A stretch of DNA of 64,000 nucleotides from Armatimonadota bacterium. GTDB taxonomy: Bacteria; Armatimonadota; UBA5829; DSUL01. The stretch covers positions 96,001-160,000 of the forward strand of contig JBDHZC010000002.1 of the NCBI GenBank assembly GCA_039811685.1, given 5' to 3'. Both the position numbers and the translations under genes were made by a program. Every line of letters begins with the position of its first letter. Position 1 is the first letter of the stretch. A model generated the notes under the pieces. It saw only the letters and a list, made by a program, of their open reading frames with translations, had not been told where the DNA came from and ran no database searches. This document shows positions 20,167-29,817 of the stretch, piece by piece.

Positions 20167-20198
20167 AAAAGGGAGCGCTCTCTTTCGATGGCGCTCCC
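20167..20198 (-). terminator. Intrinsic terminator downstream of 20227..21153
   Basis: GGGAGCGC...GCGCTCCC 8-bp stem, followed by TTTT on the minus strand. Confidence 0.55.
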
Positions 20199-20226
20199 TC
20201 AAAACCTTGTATTGCTACGGTGCAGG

Positions 20227-21153
20227 CTACTTTGAGGCGACCTGTGACCACGTCGCCGCCCGGTAACCACCAAGCGTTATATCCATATCTCCGGACACGC
20301 CCTGCCCCATCACATTCATATTCAGAAACAGCGTCACTTTGACGTCCTGTCGCACCATCTCGCCGCTGTTGAGGCCAATCAGAATGCTGCCAGAGACGAG
20401 CGCATGAACTTCTCCACCCGCCGACCCCGCCGGGACGTTTACTGGCAGAGACGCGCCTTGCGCCAGAGACTCCGCTATCGCGGCGAAATCCGCCGATACG
20501 GAGCCTTCGCCGTCCACCAGTATCTTGACTACTGGCTCTCCACCGGCTTCCGTCACGTCAAACGGAGTATAGCTAAGCTGTCCGCTGAGCCTGGCTCCGG
20601 GCATGGGGATGTTGACATCACGGCGCAGCGAACGCCCAAGCTCCAGAACACCGTTTGGCGGCATCAGCTCGGCGGATGCGGCGGCAATCTGATCGTCTTT
20701 CGGTATCAGCATGGATATCGGCCCTTTGGTATTGGGCAGGCCGCTGATTTTGACCTTGCGCACATCGCCCTCCTGCGTCATAAACGCCGTTACGGAGGGC
20801 ATTTTCGGGACACGGGCGCGTTTGAGAGCGCTGGTCAAATCCTGCGTGACGCTTTTGCCTCCGACGTTTCCGTTAAACTGTCCAAAGGATAGCGAAGTAG
20901 TTACCGGGATCAATCCGTCCTTCAGATAGCCGTACTTCTGGATCTGGAACATTGACAGGCTCATCTTCAGCGGGACACTCCTGTCCTGCGCGCTGAGGCG
21001 ACTGTCCACTTTCACGTACTGCTTGAATTTGCTTGTCTTGCCCTGCTGCGCCACTGCCGCGACCGGAACGCTGAGCAATTCACCGGCCATGAGCGACCCG
21101 CAGGACGCCATCAGCACAAGGCCAAGTGTCACAAGACGGATATGATTCTTCAC
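20227..21153 (-). CDS. Hypothetical exported beta-rich protein
   Basis: 308-aa ORF, signal peptide, GAGGAG RBS, downstream terminator. Confidence 0.65.
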   Translation of the reverse strand: MKNHIRLVTLGLVLMASCGSLMAGELLSVPVAAVAQQGKTSKFKQYVKVDSRLSAQDRSVPLKMSLSMFQIQKYGYLKDGLIPVTTSLSFGQFNGNVGGKSVTQDLTSALKRARVPKMPSVTAFMTQEGDVRKVKISGLPNTKGPISMLIPKDDQIAAASAELMPPNGVLELGRSLRRDVNIPMPGARLSGQLSYTPFDVTEAGGEPVVKILVDGEGSVSADFAAIAESLAQGASLPVNVPAGSAGGEVHALVSGSILIGLNSGEMVRQDVKVTLFLNMNVMGQGVSGDMDITLGGYRAATWSQVASK

Positions 21154-21504
21154 GGTAGGTCTCCTCAGATGAGCTTATGCGAGAGCCGCCTCGCAGCCAC
21201 ACTTCACCCGGAGCGGGCTGGTGGAGCCGGCCTTTCCCGGACTGCACCGCTCCGATTTGCGCGCAGGGCACTTCAGAAGTTCATGGACACCTGCTGAAGA
21301 GCTTGTGCCACACCGCATCCACGCTGAATACCCGTCAAAATACGAGGTGCGCAGAGGAAGGGCAGGTCAACTAATGCGCATAAGTACAGTTTACAGCAGG
21401 TGACGGCCCGCGCGGGTGCGAACACCTTTAGCATAAAGTTTTGACGGTCGCGAGTAGTTCGGTGAACTCACCGGCCGCAATGTGTCCAGCAGAGGAGCTC
21501 AGAC

Positions 21505-22794
21505 ATGATAGACAGCAAACCACAGGAAAAACTCGCAGTTCTCGGCGGGACCCCGATCATCAACGAAAAGCTGCCGGGATGGCCGTGGTTTCGCGAAGAC
21601 TGGATCAAAGCAGCAATGCAGCCGCTGGAGACTGGCGCGGTAAATTACTGGACCGGCAGCGTTGGGCACCGTTTCGAAGAAGAGTGGGCCAAATGGAACG
21701 GCGCAAAGTATGCCATTACGACCACTAACGGCACCAGCGCGCTTCACACGGCAGTAGCGGCGCTTGGAATCGGCCCGGGAGACGAGGTGATAGTCCCTTC
21801 CTACACCTTCATCGCAAGCTCGTTTTGCGTCGTGCAGGCGGGCGCCATTCCGGTATTCGCCGACTGCAGACTGGACGACCACTGCCTGGACCCTGCAGAC
21901 GTTGAGAAGAAGATCACCTCACGCACCAAAGCAGTAATCGTTGTGCACCTGTATGGCATTGTCGCAGACATGGACGGAATTCTGAATGTGGCGCGCAGGC
22001 ACAATCTCAAGGTCATTGAAGACTGCGCTCAGGCGCACGGCGCGACCTTCAAGGGCAGAAAGGTTGGGACGATTGGTGACGTCGGCGCTTTCAGCTTCTG
22101 CCAGAGCAAACACATTACGACTGGTGGCGAAGGCGGGGCCGTAATCACAGATGACGAAGAGACAGCGTGGGCGTGCCGCTCCTTCCGCGATCACGGTTAC
22201 GACGTCGAAAAGCGAATGAACCTGCTGGAGATGGAAGGAACAAAGCCCTACATCCATACGCGCGTTGGTTTCAACTACAGGATGACGGAGATGCAGTCCG
22301 CTATCGGGCTGGCTCAGCTTCCAGATTTTGAAAGCTGGAATATCGCAGCCCGCCGCCGCAACGGGAAAGCTCTGATTGAAGAACTCAAGGACTGTCCTCA
22401 AATTCAGTGGGTTCCGGAGTTTACAGCGGACAAAAATCACAGCTTCTTTGTCTTTCCGATTGCACTCAACCTCGAGAAGCTCTCCTGCGACAAGAAAGAG
22501 TTTCTCAAGGCTGTTGAGGCAGAAGGAGCCCCGGTCTGGCGCGAGTTCTGGCCACAGTGTTACCGGGAAGACGCCTACATTCACCACAACGGTTTTGGCG
22601 CTGCCCGATTCCCGTTTGAATCTGCCGAGTACACGGACCCGGCGTCTGTCGCGTATGATAAAGTCCTGTGCAAGAACTCAGCCTATCTGGAAGAGCGCAC
22701 ATTCATCGCATTGTGTCATCCACGCCTGGAGGAGGGCCAGATGCGCCAGATCGCCAGGGCGATAAAGAAGGTTGCCGCCCACTTTGCAAAATAG
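21505..22794 (+). CDS. DegT/DnrJ/EryC1/StrS family PLP aminotransferase
   Basis: NGTSALH, GDEVIVPSYTFIAS, IEDCAQAHGA, FSFCQSKHITTGGEGG, GFNYRMTE. Confidence 0.93.
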   Translation: MIDSKPQEKLAVLGGTPIINEKLPGWPWFREDWIKAAMQPLETGAVNYWTGSVGHRFEEEWAKWNGAKYAITTTNGTSALHTAVAALGIGPGDEVIVPSYTFIASSFCVVQAGAIPVFADCRLDDHCLDPADVEKKITSRTKAVIVVHLYGIVADMDGILNVARRHNLKVIEDCAQAHGATFKGRKVGTIGDVGAFSFCQSKHITTGGEGGAVITDDEETAWACRSFRDHGYDVEKRMNLLEMEGTKPYIHTRVGFNYRMTEMQSAIGLAQLPDFESWNIAARRRNGKALIEELKDCPQIQWVPEFTADKNHSFFVFPIALNLEKLSCDKKEFLKAVEAEGAPVWREFWPQCYREDAYIHHNGFGAARFPFESAEYTDPASVAYDKVLCKNSAYLEERTFIALCHPRLEEGQMRQIARAIKKVAAHFAK

Positions 22795-22806
22795 GAGGCC
22801 GCTGCT

Positions 22807-23856
22807 GTGAAAAAGCTACGCTGGGGAGTTATCGGCATAGGCGGAATCGCATCGCGCAAGGTGGTTCCGGAGATTCAGGAGCATGCGGCGCGCTCGGAAG
22901 TGGTGGCGGTATGCGGGAGAGATGCGGATCGCACCAAGGAGTTGGCCTCAAAGCTTGGCATTGACAGCTTCTGTACATCGGAAGACGAGCTTCTGAAGAG
23001 CTCGGATGTGGACGCGGTGTACATCGCCACTCCAAACAATCAGCACAAGATCCAGGCCGTTGCTGCGGCCCGGGCGGGAAAGCACATTCTGTGCGAAAAG
23101 CCGCTGGCGACTTCCGTATCTGATGCACAGGAGATGGCGCGGGCAGCCAGAGACGCAGGCGTAACGCTGGGAGTGGCGTATATGATGCGCTTCCACTCAC
23201 TCCACCGCAAAGCCCGCGAGCTTGTGCGTTCCGGCCAGCTTGGAACGCCGGTGTATGGGCGAGCGCAGCTTTCGTGCTGGTATCCGAAGATGGAAGGCGC
23301 GTGGAGACAGATACTCTCGGAAGGGGGAGGAGGGAGTCTGGCTGATCTTGGCAGTCACTGCATGGATCTTCTGGAGTTTGTCTTTGAATCTCCAGTCCGC
23401 GAGGTCTGCTCTTTTCAGGCGACGCTGGCACAGGACTACAGCGTGGAGGATTCGGCAGTGGCTCTGCTGCGCTTTGAAAATGGCGCGCTAGGCACGGTGG
23501 ACTGTTGCTTCAGCGTGCCGGATGACTCTTCGCGCAACCGTCTGGAGATCTATGGCTCGGCTGGCAGCCTTCTAGCCGAAGGCACGATCGGGCAGAGCCC
23601 GCTCGGCAGGATGACTGCCTGCTTCTCGCCACAGACGGACTACGACGCAAACCAGAGCCGCCAGACGCAGCAGGGAACTGTGGAGATCCACGAGTCGCCC
23701 ACCCCGATGTACGCAGCGGAGTTTGACCACTTCGCCGCAGCCGTTCTGGATGAGAAACCGCTGGAAATATCTGAAGAGGAAGGCTTGCGCAGCATGCGGC
23801 TTCTGGAGGCCTGCTACCGCTCCGCCAGAGAAAGCACGGTGGTGAAACTGTCTTGA
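22807..23856 (+). CDS. Gfo/Idh/MocA family NAD(P)-dependent oxidoreductase
   Basis: GVIGIGGIA, AVYIATPN, CEKPLA, GGGSLADLGSH. Confidence 0.92.
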   Translation: MKKLRWGVIGIGGIASRKVVPEIQEHAARSEVVAVCGRDADRTKELASKLGIDSFCTSEDELLKSSDVDAVYIATPNNQHKIQAVAAARAGKHILCEKPLATSVSDAQEMARAARDAGVTLGVAYMMRFHSLHRKARELVRSGQLGTPVYGRAQLSCWYPKMEGAWRQILSEGGGGSLADLGSHCMDLLEFVFESPVREVCSFQATLAQDYSVEDSAVALLRFENGALGTVDCCFSVPDDSSRNRLEIYGSAGSLLAEGTIGQSPLGRMTACFSPQTDYDANQSRQTQQGTVEIHESPTPMYAAEFDHFAAAVLDEKPLEISEEEGLRSMRLLEACYRSARESTVVKLS

Positions 23857-25199
23857 GCGACTGGTTGGCTGGCGCGGCAGAAGTAGTGATCACCCCGCCC
23901 GTTGGGGAGCCGATGGCGGGCTATTTTCAGCCTCGCTTCACCGCTGGGGTCCATGACGATCTTTACGCAAGGGCATTGGTTCTGCAATGTGAAGACCGCA
24001 GAGTTGCCCTGGTCTCTATGGACCTCATTTCGATCCAGCGGGTGGCAGTTGAAGAAGCGCGGCGCATTATCGAGCGCTCCTGTAACATCTCACCAGAGTG
24101 CGTGATGGTGTGCTGCTCACACACGCACACTGGCCCGTACACCTCGGAGTTGTATTCCGGGGAGCTGTCGCTGGCCTACAGGCAGAGCTTGCCTGGCCAC
24201 ATCGCTGAGGTAGTGGAGAAGGCCACTGCGAACCTCGGCCCGGCGAATATTACGCTGGCAACCAGCGAAGTTCACGGGATTTCATTCAACCGCCGTTACC
24301 TGCTGAAGGACGGGCAATTCCGAACAAATCCGGGGATTGGCAATCCGGACATTGTGCGGGCGCTCGGCCCGGTGGACCCCGAGTTGGGTCTGTTGAAAGT
24401 GGATCGCCCGGATGGCGAAGTTGCCGCGCTCTGGATCAACTTTGCAGTCCATGCGGACGTCATGGGAGGTGAGGAGTTCTCCGCGGACTACCCCGGCGCT
24501 CTTTCCCGGAAGCTGAAACAGAACTACTCACAGACGACTGTCGCTTTGTTTGCCAACGGCGCCTGCGGAGATGTGAACCACTTTGACGTATATGGACCTG
24601 CGGAACAGAACGGCCCGAATCAGGTAGAGAAAATTGCGCAGGCGCTTGTTGGCGGAACTCTGAAAGCCTGCGAGACCGCAGACAAAGTAGGACCTGGACT
24701 GGAAGGACACTCTGCTGTCTTACAGATTCCAATCCGTGGGCTCACAGCAAAGGAAGAAGAACGCTGCCGTCGTCTTCTTGAGGAGATTTCGCTTCCGGAG
24801 GACGGTCCCGCTCTGAAAAGCGAAGACATCGGAAAGACGCCTGCAACGGACGCTGTGTTTGCATCGGCCGCTCTGAAAGTGCAGGAGGAGCGCAAAGTCA
24901 GTCCGACTGCTCCTGTGGAAGTGCAGGTTATCCGCATAGGACGGGTAAAGATTGTCGCGCTGCCAGTTGAGCTGTTTTCAGAGCTGGGTCTGGAGATCAA
25001 GCGCAACGCACCGGATGCGTCCGTCTTCATCGCCTGCTACGCGAACGGTATCTTCGGTTACGTCCCCACCCGGCGAGCCTTCCAGCAAGGCGGCTATGAG
25101 ACCATGCTTACCAGCAACAGCAAACTCGAAGAGTCAGCTGGGGAGCGGATCGTGGCAGAAGCGCTGCATCTGCTGAAAAAGACACAGCCTTGTAGCTGA
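23853..25199 (+). CDS. Neutral/alkaline ceramidase-like metal amidohydrolase
   Basis: ITPP.G.PMAGY, VHDDLYARAL, SHTHTGP, FAVHAD, SADYPG, GACGD, GYVPT...GGYE. Confidence 0.75.
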   Translation: MSDWLAGAAEVVITPPVGEPMAGYFQPRFTAGVHDDLYARALVLQCEDRRVALVSMDLISIQRVAVEEARRIIERSCNISPECVMVCCSHTHTGPYTSELYSGELSLAYRQSLPGHIAEVVEKATANLGPANITLATSEVHGISFNRRYLLKDGQFRTNPGIGNPDIVRALGPVDPELGLLKVDRPDGEVAALWINFAVHADVMGGEEFSADYPGALSRKLKQNYSQTTVALFANGACGDVNHFDVYGPAEQNGPNQVEKIAQALVGGTLKACETADKVGPGLEGHSAVLQIPIRGLTAKEEERCRRLLEEISLPEDGPALKSEDIGKTPATDAVFASAALKVQEERKVSPTAPVEVQVIRIGRVKIVALPVELFSELGLEIKRNAPDASVFIACYANGIFGYVPTRRAFQQGGYETMLTSNSKLEESAGERIVAEALHLLKKTQPCS

Positions 25200-25235
25200 A
25201 AGCTCATTTCCGGCAAGAACCCGCTCACCCGAGCG

Positions 25236-27887
25236 CTAAGGCTCCACAATCAGGGTGACAATCTCACGCGGTCCGGCGCTGACGGCAATCCGGCCTTCGT
25301 TCACAGGCAATTCCTCCAGACGCTCCTCAAGCATGTTCGAGCGCCACGCCTTTTTGCCGCATCTCACCATCACTTCGCCTTCGACACGCTCTTCCAGCAC
25401 ATTCCAGAAGCGCACAACAGCCGCGTTGCCATTCTCCTCTTTCTTGAGGGCGCTTGGACACAGAGTATCCGGCACAATATGCACGAACGACATCTCCAGA
25501 GGCAGCTTTTTCTCCACGGGCTCAATAGACCTGGCGCGGTCAATATCGCCAACCTGTACCGCAATCATTGGTGTCTGATAGTTGAGAGCCTCCTTCCAAA
25601 CTTTCGCCTGCTTCCAGTCCCCGTTGTGCGGGTACACAGCGTACCGCGCGTGTTGCTCACCCAGGCACTGCGCGTCCGGCGCCCGTTGGACGTGCGGAAT
25701 GTCTCCGGTCCCGGAAAGAATGCCAACTGAACGTAAAATCGTTATGGCCAGCGTACGGTTGTGGTCGTCATAGAGTTCGTATTCGCGCAGACCGTCCACG
25801 AATACCGCCAGTCCCTGCTCGCCATTTGAAACATCCACCCAGCCATCCATTGGGTGGAAAGTGGCTGCGCCTGTCCAGTCCTCTGGCAGATGCAGGGGAC
25901 GTTCAACTACATCGAAGGCACTCCCAGCTACGGAATGAGTCGCGCCTTCAGCCTCCGATGGGAAAATGGCGCGCAGGCGGTGGTCTTTTGCATTGTTCTG
26001 AATTGTGGCCTCGAACTCGACGCGTGGCACGTTGTCATAGACACGAGCTGTCAGAGTAATCGGACAGTCCGCAGTGCGCTGTGAGCGCTCGCGCTGGTCG
26101 GGCGTGGCGGACTCCGGGAGATCCAGGACATAGCGCATTTGCAGCTCTCCGGAAGATGGGCCTGTGAAGTTCACCTGAGTCTGGCGCAAAGCTGCGGCGC
26201 TCGTCACAATCTGATCTCTGTCCGGCTTGCGGTAGTTGTATTCGTCACCGACATCTCCGCTGTCTTCGAAAGCAGAAAGGTGTGTCAGCAACACTTCCTC
26301 GTTACCTGTCAGGCTAAGTTGAAGGCCTCCGTCGGCTATATCGCTTACGGCGACGTCAAGCAGTCCCCCTGACAACCCGAAACACCCGCGGCATTCACTG
26401 GCCACAGTAGATGGCGCCTGCGGCGGACGCTCGGCGCGTCGAACGCTGTAGGCGCTGAAGCCCATCGGCGGCACCTCACGCGCAATGAACTGCACTTCAA
26501 AGCGGCGCACCCACTGTACCATTGGTAGTTTCTCAGGGTGGATTTCCGGCCGAGCAACCTTCTGGCTGGACAGCAGGGTGTAGGGGACGCTTTCACCAGA
26601 GGGAGAGATAATCTCCAGCGCCGGCCAGTCGAGCCCCGGGTCCTGAGCTGGGTTTGCCCGGTCTGGCTCTCCGAGCGGCACGTCAACGGTGGCAGTGACC
26701 ACGTCGGTGCGCGCCCAGGTAAGTGTGTTGAATACAACTAAGGCGAGACCGTCCACGTTGACGCGATTAGCGATATGCGATAGCGCCCGGTCACGCAACT
26801 CACCTGCAAGCTGCTCAACGCGGTCGAAACGCGGCATCATCTCCGAGTGAACTTCGTCTGTGGAGCATCCGCAAATCGAGTCGTGTGGGTGGTTTTCCAT
26901 CAGCAGCTTCCACGCGTACTCAAGCTCACCCTGAGGGTACTTCATCTTTGCGCACATCGCCCACAGTGAAGCAGGCTCAACGTATTTTTCAAGAAGGCGC
27001 ATGCAGCGCTCGTTCGCTTGCTTGAGGTAGATGCGGCTGGATAAAACGCCAGCCAGCACGCTGCCACGCCTATCCTCGCGAAGCTCCCCACGTATCGTCT
27101 CCAGGCGGCCGTCCTTCAGATCACCGCGCAGAGCCTCAACATAATCTGGCAATCGGCTGTGAATGACGCGGTGAGGGGAGTTTTCGAGAGCTTTCAGAGC
27201 TCTGGACAGATCGTATTGCGCTTCGAGATGGTCCACCCCGTTCATGAGAAGCAGATGACCCGATTCCGAAACTGGCCCCATTGCCTTGACAAGGCCATCT
27301 ACCATCTCAAGCGCCGCCTGTGGTGACGCGGGAATGTGTTGAGCGTTGTTGTACCAGAGCGCCATCAGGCTGCTGAGCGCTTCTGATCCGTCCGGACTCT
27401 GCCAGATAAACTCCATCTTGCGCTCGCCCGCCAACTGCAGACCCCGTCCAAAAATACAGTTGTCTATTCCAAAATTGCGCAGGATCTGCGGCATCTGAGA
27501 GATGTTTCCAAACTGATCAGGCAGATAACCCACCTTCATCACCTGTCCGAAACATCCCACGACCTTGTGCCCCAGGAGAAGACTGCGCACTGTGGACTCG
27601 CCACTGACCAGAAACTCATCATTCAGGACGTACCACGGCCCTATAGTGATGCGCCCCTGACTGATGAGAGAGCGCAGGCGCTCTTCGTTCTCAGGCCGAA
27701 TCTTCAGATAGTCTTCAAGAATGATCCCCTGCCCGTCCAGGTTGAAATAGCGGAAATCCGCGTCGGCTTCCATGAGATCAAGCAGGCGGTCAATCAGATC
27801 GACCAGCCGAAGGCGGAAGCGCTCATACGTCAGGTACCACTCTCTGTCCCAGTGGGTGTGTGAAATCACGTGGCAGGTGTAGCTCAT
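25236..27887 (-). CDS. Glycoside hydrolase family 38 alpha-mannosidase (MngB-like)
   Basis: HTHWDREWY, LDGQ, IGPWY, YLPDQFG, NGVDH, NHPHDSICGCS. Confidence 0.92.
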   Translation of the reverse strand: MSYTCHVISHTHWDREWYLTYERFRLRLVDLIDRLLDLMEADADFRYFNLDGQGIILEDYLKIRPENEERLRSLISQGRITIGPWYVLNDEFLVSGESTVRSLLLGHKVVGCFGQVMKVGYLPDQFGNISQMPQILRNFGIDNCIFGRGLQLAGERKMEFIWQSPDGSEALSSLMALWYNNAQHIPASPQAALEMVDGLVKAMGPVSESGHLLLMNGVDHLEAQYDLSRALKALENSPHRVIHSRLPDYVEALRGDLKDGRLETIRGELREDRRGSVLAGVLSSRIYLKQANERCMRLLEKYVEPASLWAMCAKMKYPQGELEYAWKLLMENHPHDSICGCSTDEVHSEMMPRFDRVEQLAGELRDRALSHIANRVNVDGLALVVFNTLTWARTDVVTATVDVPLGEPDRANPAQDPGLDWPALEIISPSGESVPYTLLSSQKVARPEIHPEKLPMVQWVRRFEVQFIAREVPPMGFSAYSVRRAERPPQAPSTVASECRGCFGLSGGLLDVAVSDIADGGLQLSLTGNEEVLLTHLSAFEDSGDVGDEYNYRKPDRDQIVTSAAALRQTQVNFTGPSSGELQMRYVLDLPESATPDQRERSQRTADCPITLTARVYDNVPRVEFEATIQNNAKDHRLRAIFPSEAEGATHSVAGSAFDVVERPLHLPEDWTGAATFHPMDGWVDVSNGEQGLAVFVDGLREYELYDDHNRTLAITILRSVGILSGTGDIPHVQRAPDAQCLGEQHARYAVYPHNGDWKQAKVWKEALNYQTPMIAVQVGDIDRARSIEPVEKKLPLEMSFVHIVPDTLCPSALKKEENGNAAVVRFWNVLEERVEGEVMVRCGKKAWRSNMLEERLEELPVNEGRIAVSAGPREIVTLIVEP

Positions 27888-27997
27888 AAGTGCGGTGTCT
27901 CCTCGAGGTCTCTACAGACGGGAAGCTTCCTCACAGGGTGTCACATTCCCTGCGGCGCGATGACTCAGCAGGATTTTGACAACCCTTCGAAAATCTA

Positions 27998-28026
27998 TTG
28001 ACAGCCTTTGCGCGGCGTGGTACTCT
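27998..28026 (+). promoter_or_regulatory. Sigma70-type promoter of nrdR
   Basis: TTGACA-N17-TACTCT with TG extension. Confidence 0.55.
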
Positions 28027-28149
28027 AGCGCGGTTTTGTTCGTACTGTCATAACTTGCGCATAATCCATACACATGCAGTTGTGATTCTGTGTGCGGCTG
28101 TTCTGGGAACCTACCTGAAAGCGCACCAGTACGAAAGGCGGCCTGGCGA

Positions 28150-28638
28150 ATGAAGTGCCCTTATTGCGGGCATCAGGAAGACCGTGTTCTGGACTCACGC
28201 TCTACTAAAGAGGGAGAGTCTATCAAGCGGCGGCGAGAATGTCTCGAGTGTGGTGCCCGATTCAACACGTTTGAGGAGATTGAAGAGCGTCGGCTGCAGG
28301 TGATCAAAAAGGACGAATCCCGGGAGCCGTTCGACCGTGGGAAAATCCTCCGGGGCATGATTACGGCGTGCGAAAAACGTCCGGTGAGCGTGGAGGATCT
28401 CGAGCAGGCGGTTGATGAGATTGAAAAACACTTTCGCAACCAGCCTACCCGGGAAGTGCGCTCCAGCGACATCGGTGAGATGGTAATTGAGCGGCTGCGG
28501 CAGCTCGACCAGGTGGCCTTTGTCCGGTTTGCTTCTGTGTACTGGCAGTTCGAGGACGTTCAGCAGTTCAGAGAGATTGTGGACCGGATGGCGGCGCGGA
28601 AGCGTCTGCGCAGACAGCCCAGTTCTGCCGAGGGCTGA
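28150..28638 (+). CDS. nrdR: Transcriptional repressor NrdR
   Basis: MKCPYC...VLDSR...IKRRRECLECGARFNTFE, ATP cone, VAFVRFASVY. Confidence 0.97.
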   Translation: MKCPYCGHQEDRVLDSRSTKEGESIKRRRECLECGARFNTFEEIEERRLQVIKKDESREPFDRGKILRGMITACEKRPVSVEDLEQAVDEIEKHFRNQPTREVRSSDIGEMVIERLRQLDQVAFVRFASVYWQFEDVQQFREIVDRMAARKRLRRQPSSAEG

Positions 28639-28674
28639 GCGCGCGATGACATAGCGACTCATGGAGGAATAGCT

Positions 28675-29001
28675 ATGGGCGACTCAAACAGCGTATGCAA
28701 GAAAAAGCAGGCTTCTGTCACAAGCTGGGAGCTTGATGAAGCCGCGGACTCCGGGGCGGGCGCCGGTCTCTCCTGCTTCCCCGGACTGTCTGAGATTCTG
28801 GTGACACCGGATTATCAAAAGGCTCGCATGCTGGAAATGCGGCTGCGCGTGTGCGGGATCCCTTGTATCATAAACTCGAGCGCGGCCAGTGGTGTCTTTG
28901 GAGAATATGAGGAGTTCTTCGGACAGACGAGCGTGCTGGTTCCCAATAACATGGTGACTGACGCAAACCGCGTGCTGCGTCAGGAAACTATCCTCAACTA
29001 A
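28675..29001 (+). CDS. Small hypothetical protein, DUF2007-like
   Basis: GGAGG RBS; A.M...RL...GIPC ... VLVP....A.RVL pattern. Confidence 0.6.
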   Translation: MGDSNSVCKKKQASVTSWELDEAADSGAGAGLSCFPGLSEILVTPDYQKARMLEMRLRVCGIPCIINSSAASGVFGEYEEFFGQTSVLVPNNMVTDANRVLRQETILN

Positions 29002-29070
29002 CGTCTCAAAAACCGCGTAAGCTGCGGAGTCAATTGTGTCTGCCTCAACCTGAAGGCAGGGAGTGTGTGA

Positions 29071-29772
29071 ATGCGCGTTCTTGCAGTCGGAGCTCATCCT
29101 GACGATATTGAGATTCTGTGTGCCGGCACTTTGCTGCGTTATGCTCAGGACGGACATGACGTGAGCATGGCGGTGGCGACCAACGGCGAACAGGGCCACG
29201 CAATCATCGAACCGCCTGAGCTGGCAGAAATCCGCAAAGTGGAAGCGCAGGCGTCAGCCGATCTGTGCGGTGCGGAGCTCTTCTGGCTTGGATTTCCGGA
29301 TGAGTTCATTTACCACGATCACGACACACGCATGCGCTTCATTGAGCTGATGCGCCAGGCGCGCCCGGATGTCGTCATCACACACAACCCGCAGGACTAT
29401 CACATGGACCACCGGATAGTGTCCGAGCTCGTGTTTGTTTCCAGCTTTCTTGCCACCGTGCCCCACGTTATCACGGCAAGCCCGAGTACCACCGTCAATC
29501 CGCCGCTTTACTATATGGACAGTCTGGCAGGCGCAAACTTCGTTCCGACTGAGTACGTGGACATTTCTGGGGTAATTGACCGCAAAGAGGCAATGCTGAA
29601 CTGTCATCAGAGCCAGACAAAGTGGTTGAAAGACCACGACAACATAGATGTGCTGGAGTTTATGCGGTCGCAGAATCGCTTCAGAGGGCTGAGTTGCAGT
29701 GTGCCGTACGCGGAAGGCTTTGCGAGACTGGACGCGTGGGGACGCAACCCGGTGACGCGAGTTCTGCCTTAG
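29071..29772 (+). CDS. PIG-L/LmbE family N-deacetylase
   Basis: GAHPDDIE, TNGEQG, HNPQDYHMDH, HQSQ, YAEGF. Confidence 0.9.
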   Translation: MRVLAVGAHPDDIEILCAGTLLRYAQDGHDVSMAVATNGEQGHAIIEPPELAEIRKVEAQASADLCGAELFWLGFPDEFIYHDHDTRMRFIELMRQARPDVVITHNPQDYHMDHRIVSELVFVSSFLATVPHVITASPSTTVNPPLYYMDSLAGANFVPTEYVDISGVIDRKEAMLNCHQSQTKWLKDHDNIDVLEFMRSQNRFRGLSCSVPYAEGFARLDAWGRNPVTRVLP

Positions 29773-29817
29773 GCGGAGCAACCGGGCAGGCTACGTGCGT
29801 GAGGTGCGAACGCGACA

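Noticed and set aside
21205..21255. Hairpin CGGAGCGG...CCGCTCCG as riboswitch or SRP RNA
   Set aside because: Lacks the conserved motifs of SRP, TPP, SAM, cobalamin or c-di-AMP/c-di-GMP RNAs; an isolated GC stem.
28070..28085. NrdR box (ACACATGCAGTTGTGA)
   Set aside because: Only the outer arms match; the central ATAT core is absent.
28106..28132. Third ECF-like promoter GGAACCT-N16-GTAC before nrdR
   Set aside because: The -10 box deviates from the GTC of both sRNA promoters and a good sigma70 promoter already exists; too weak to call.
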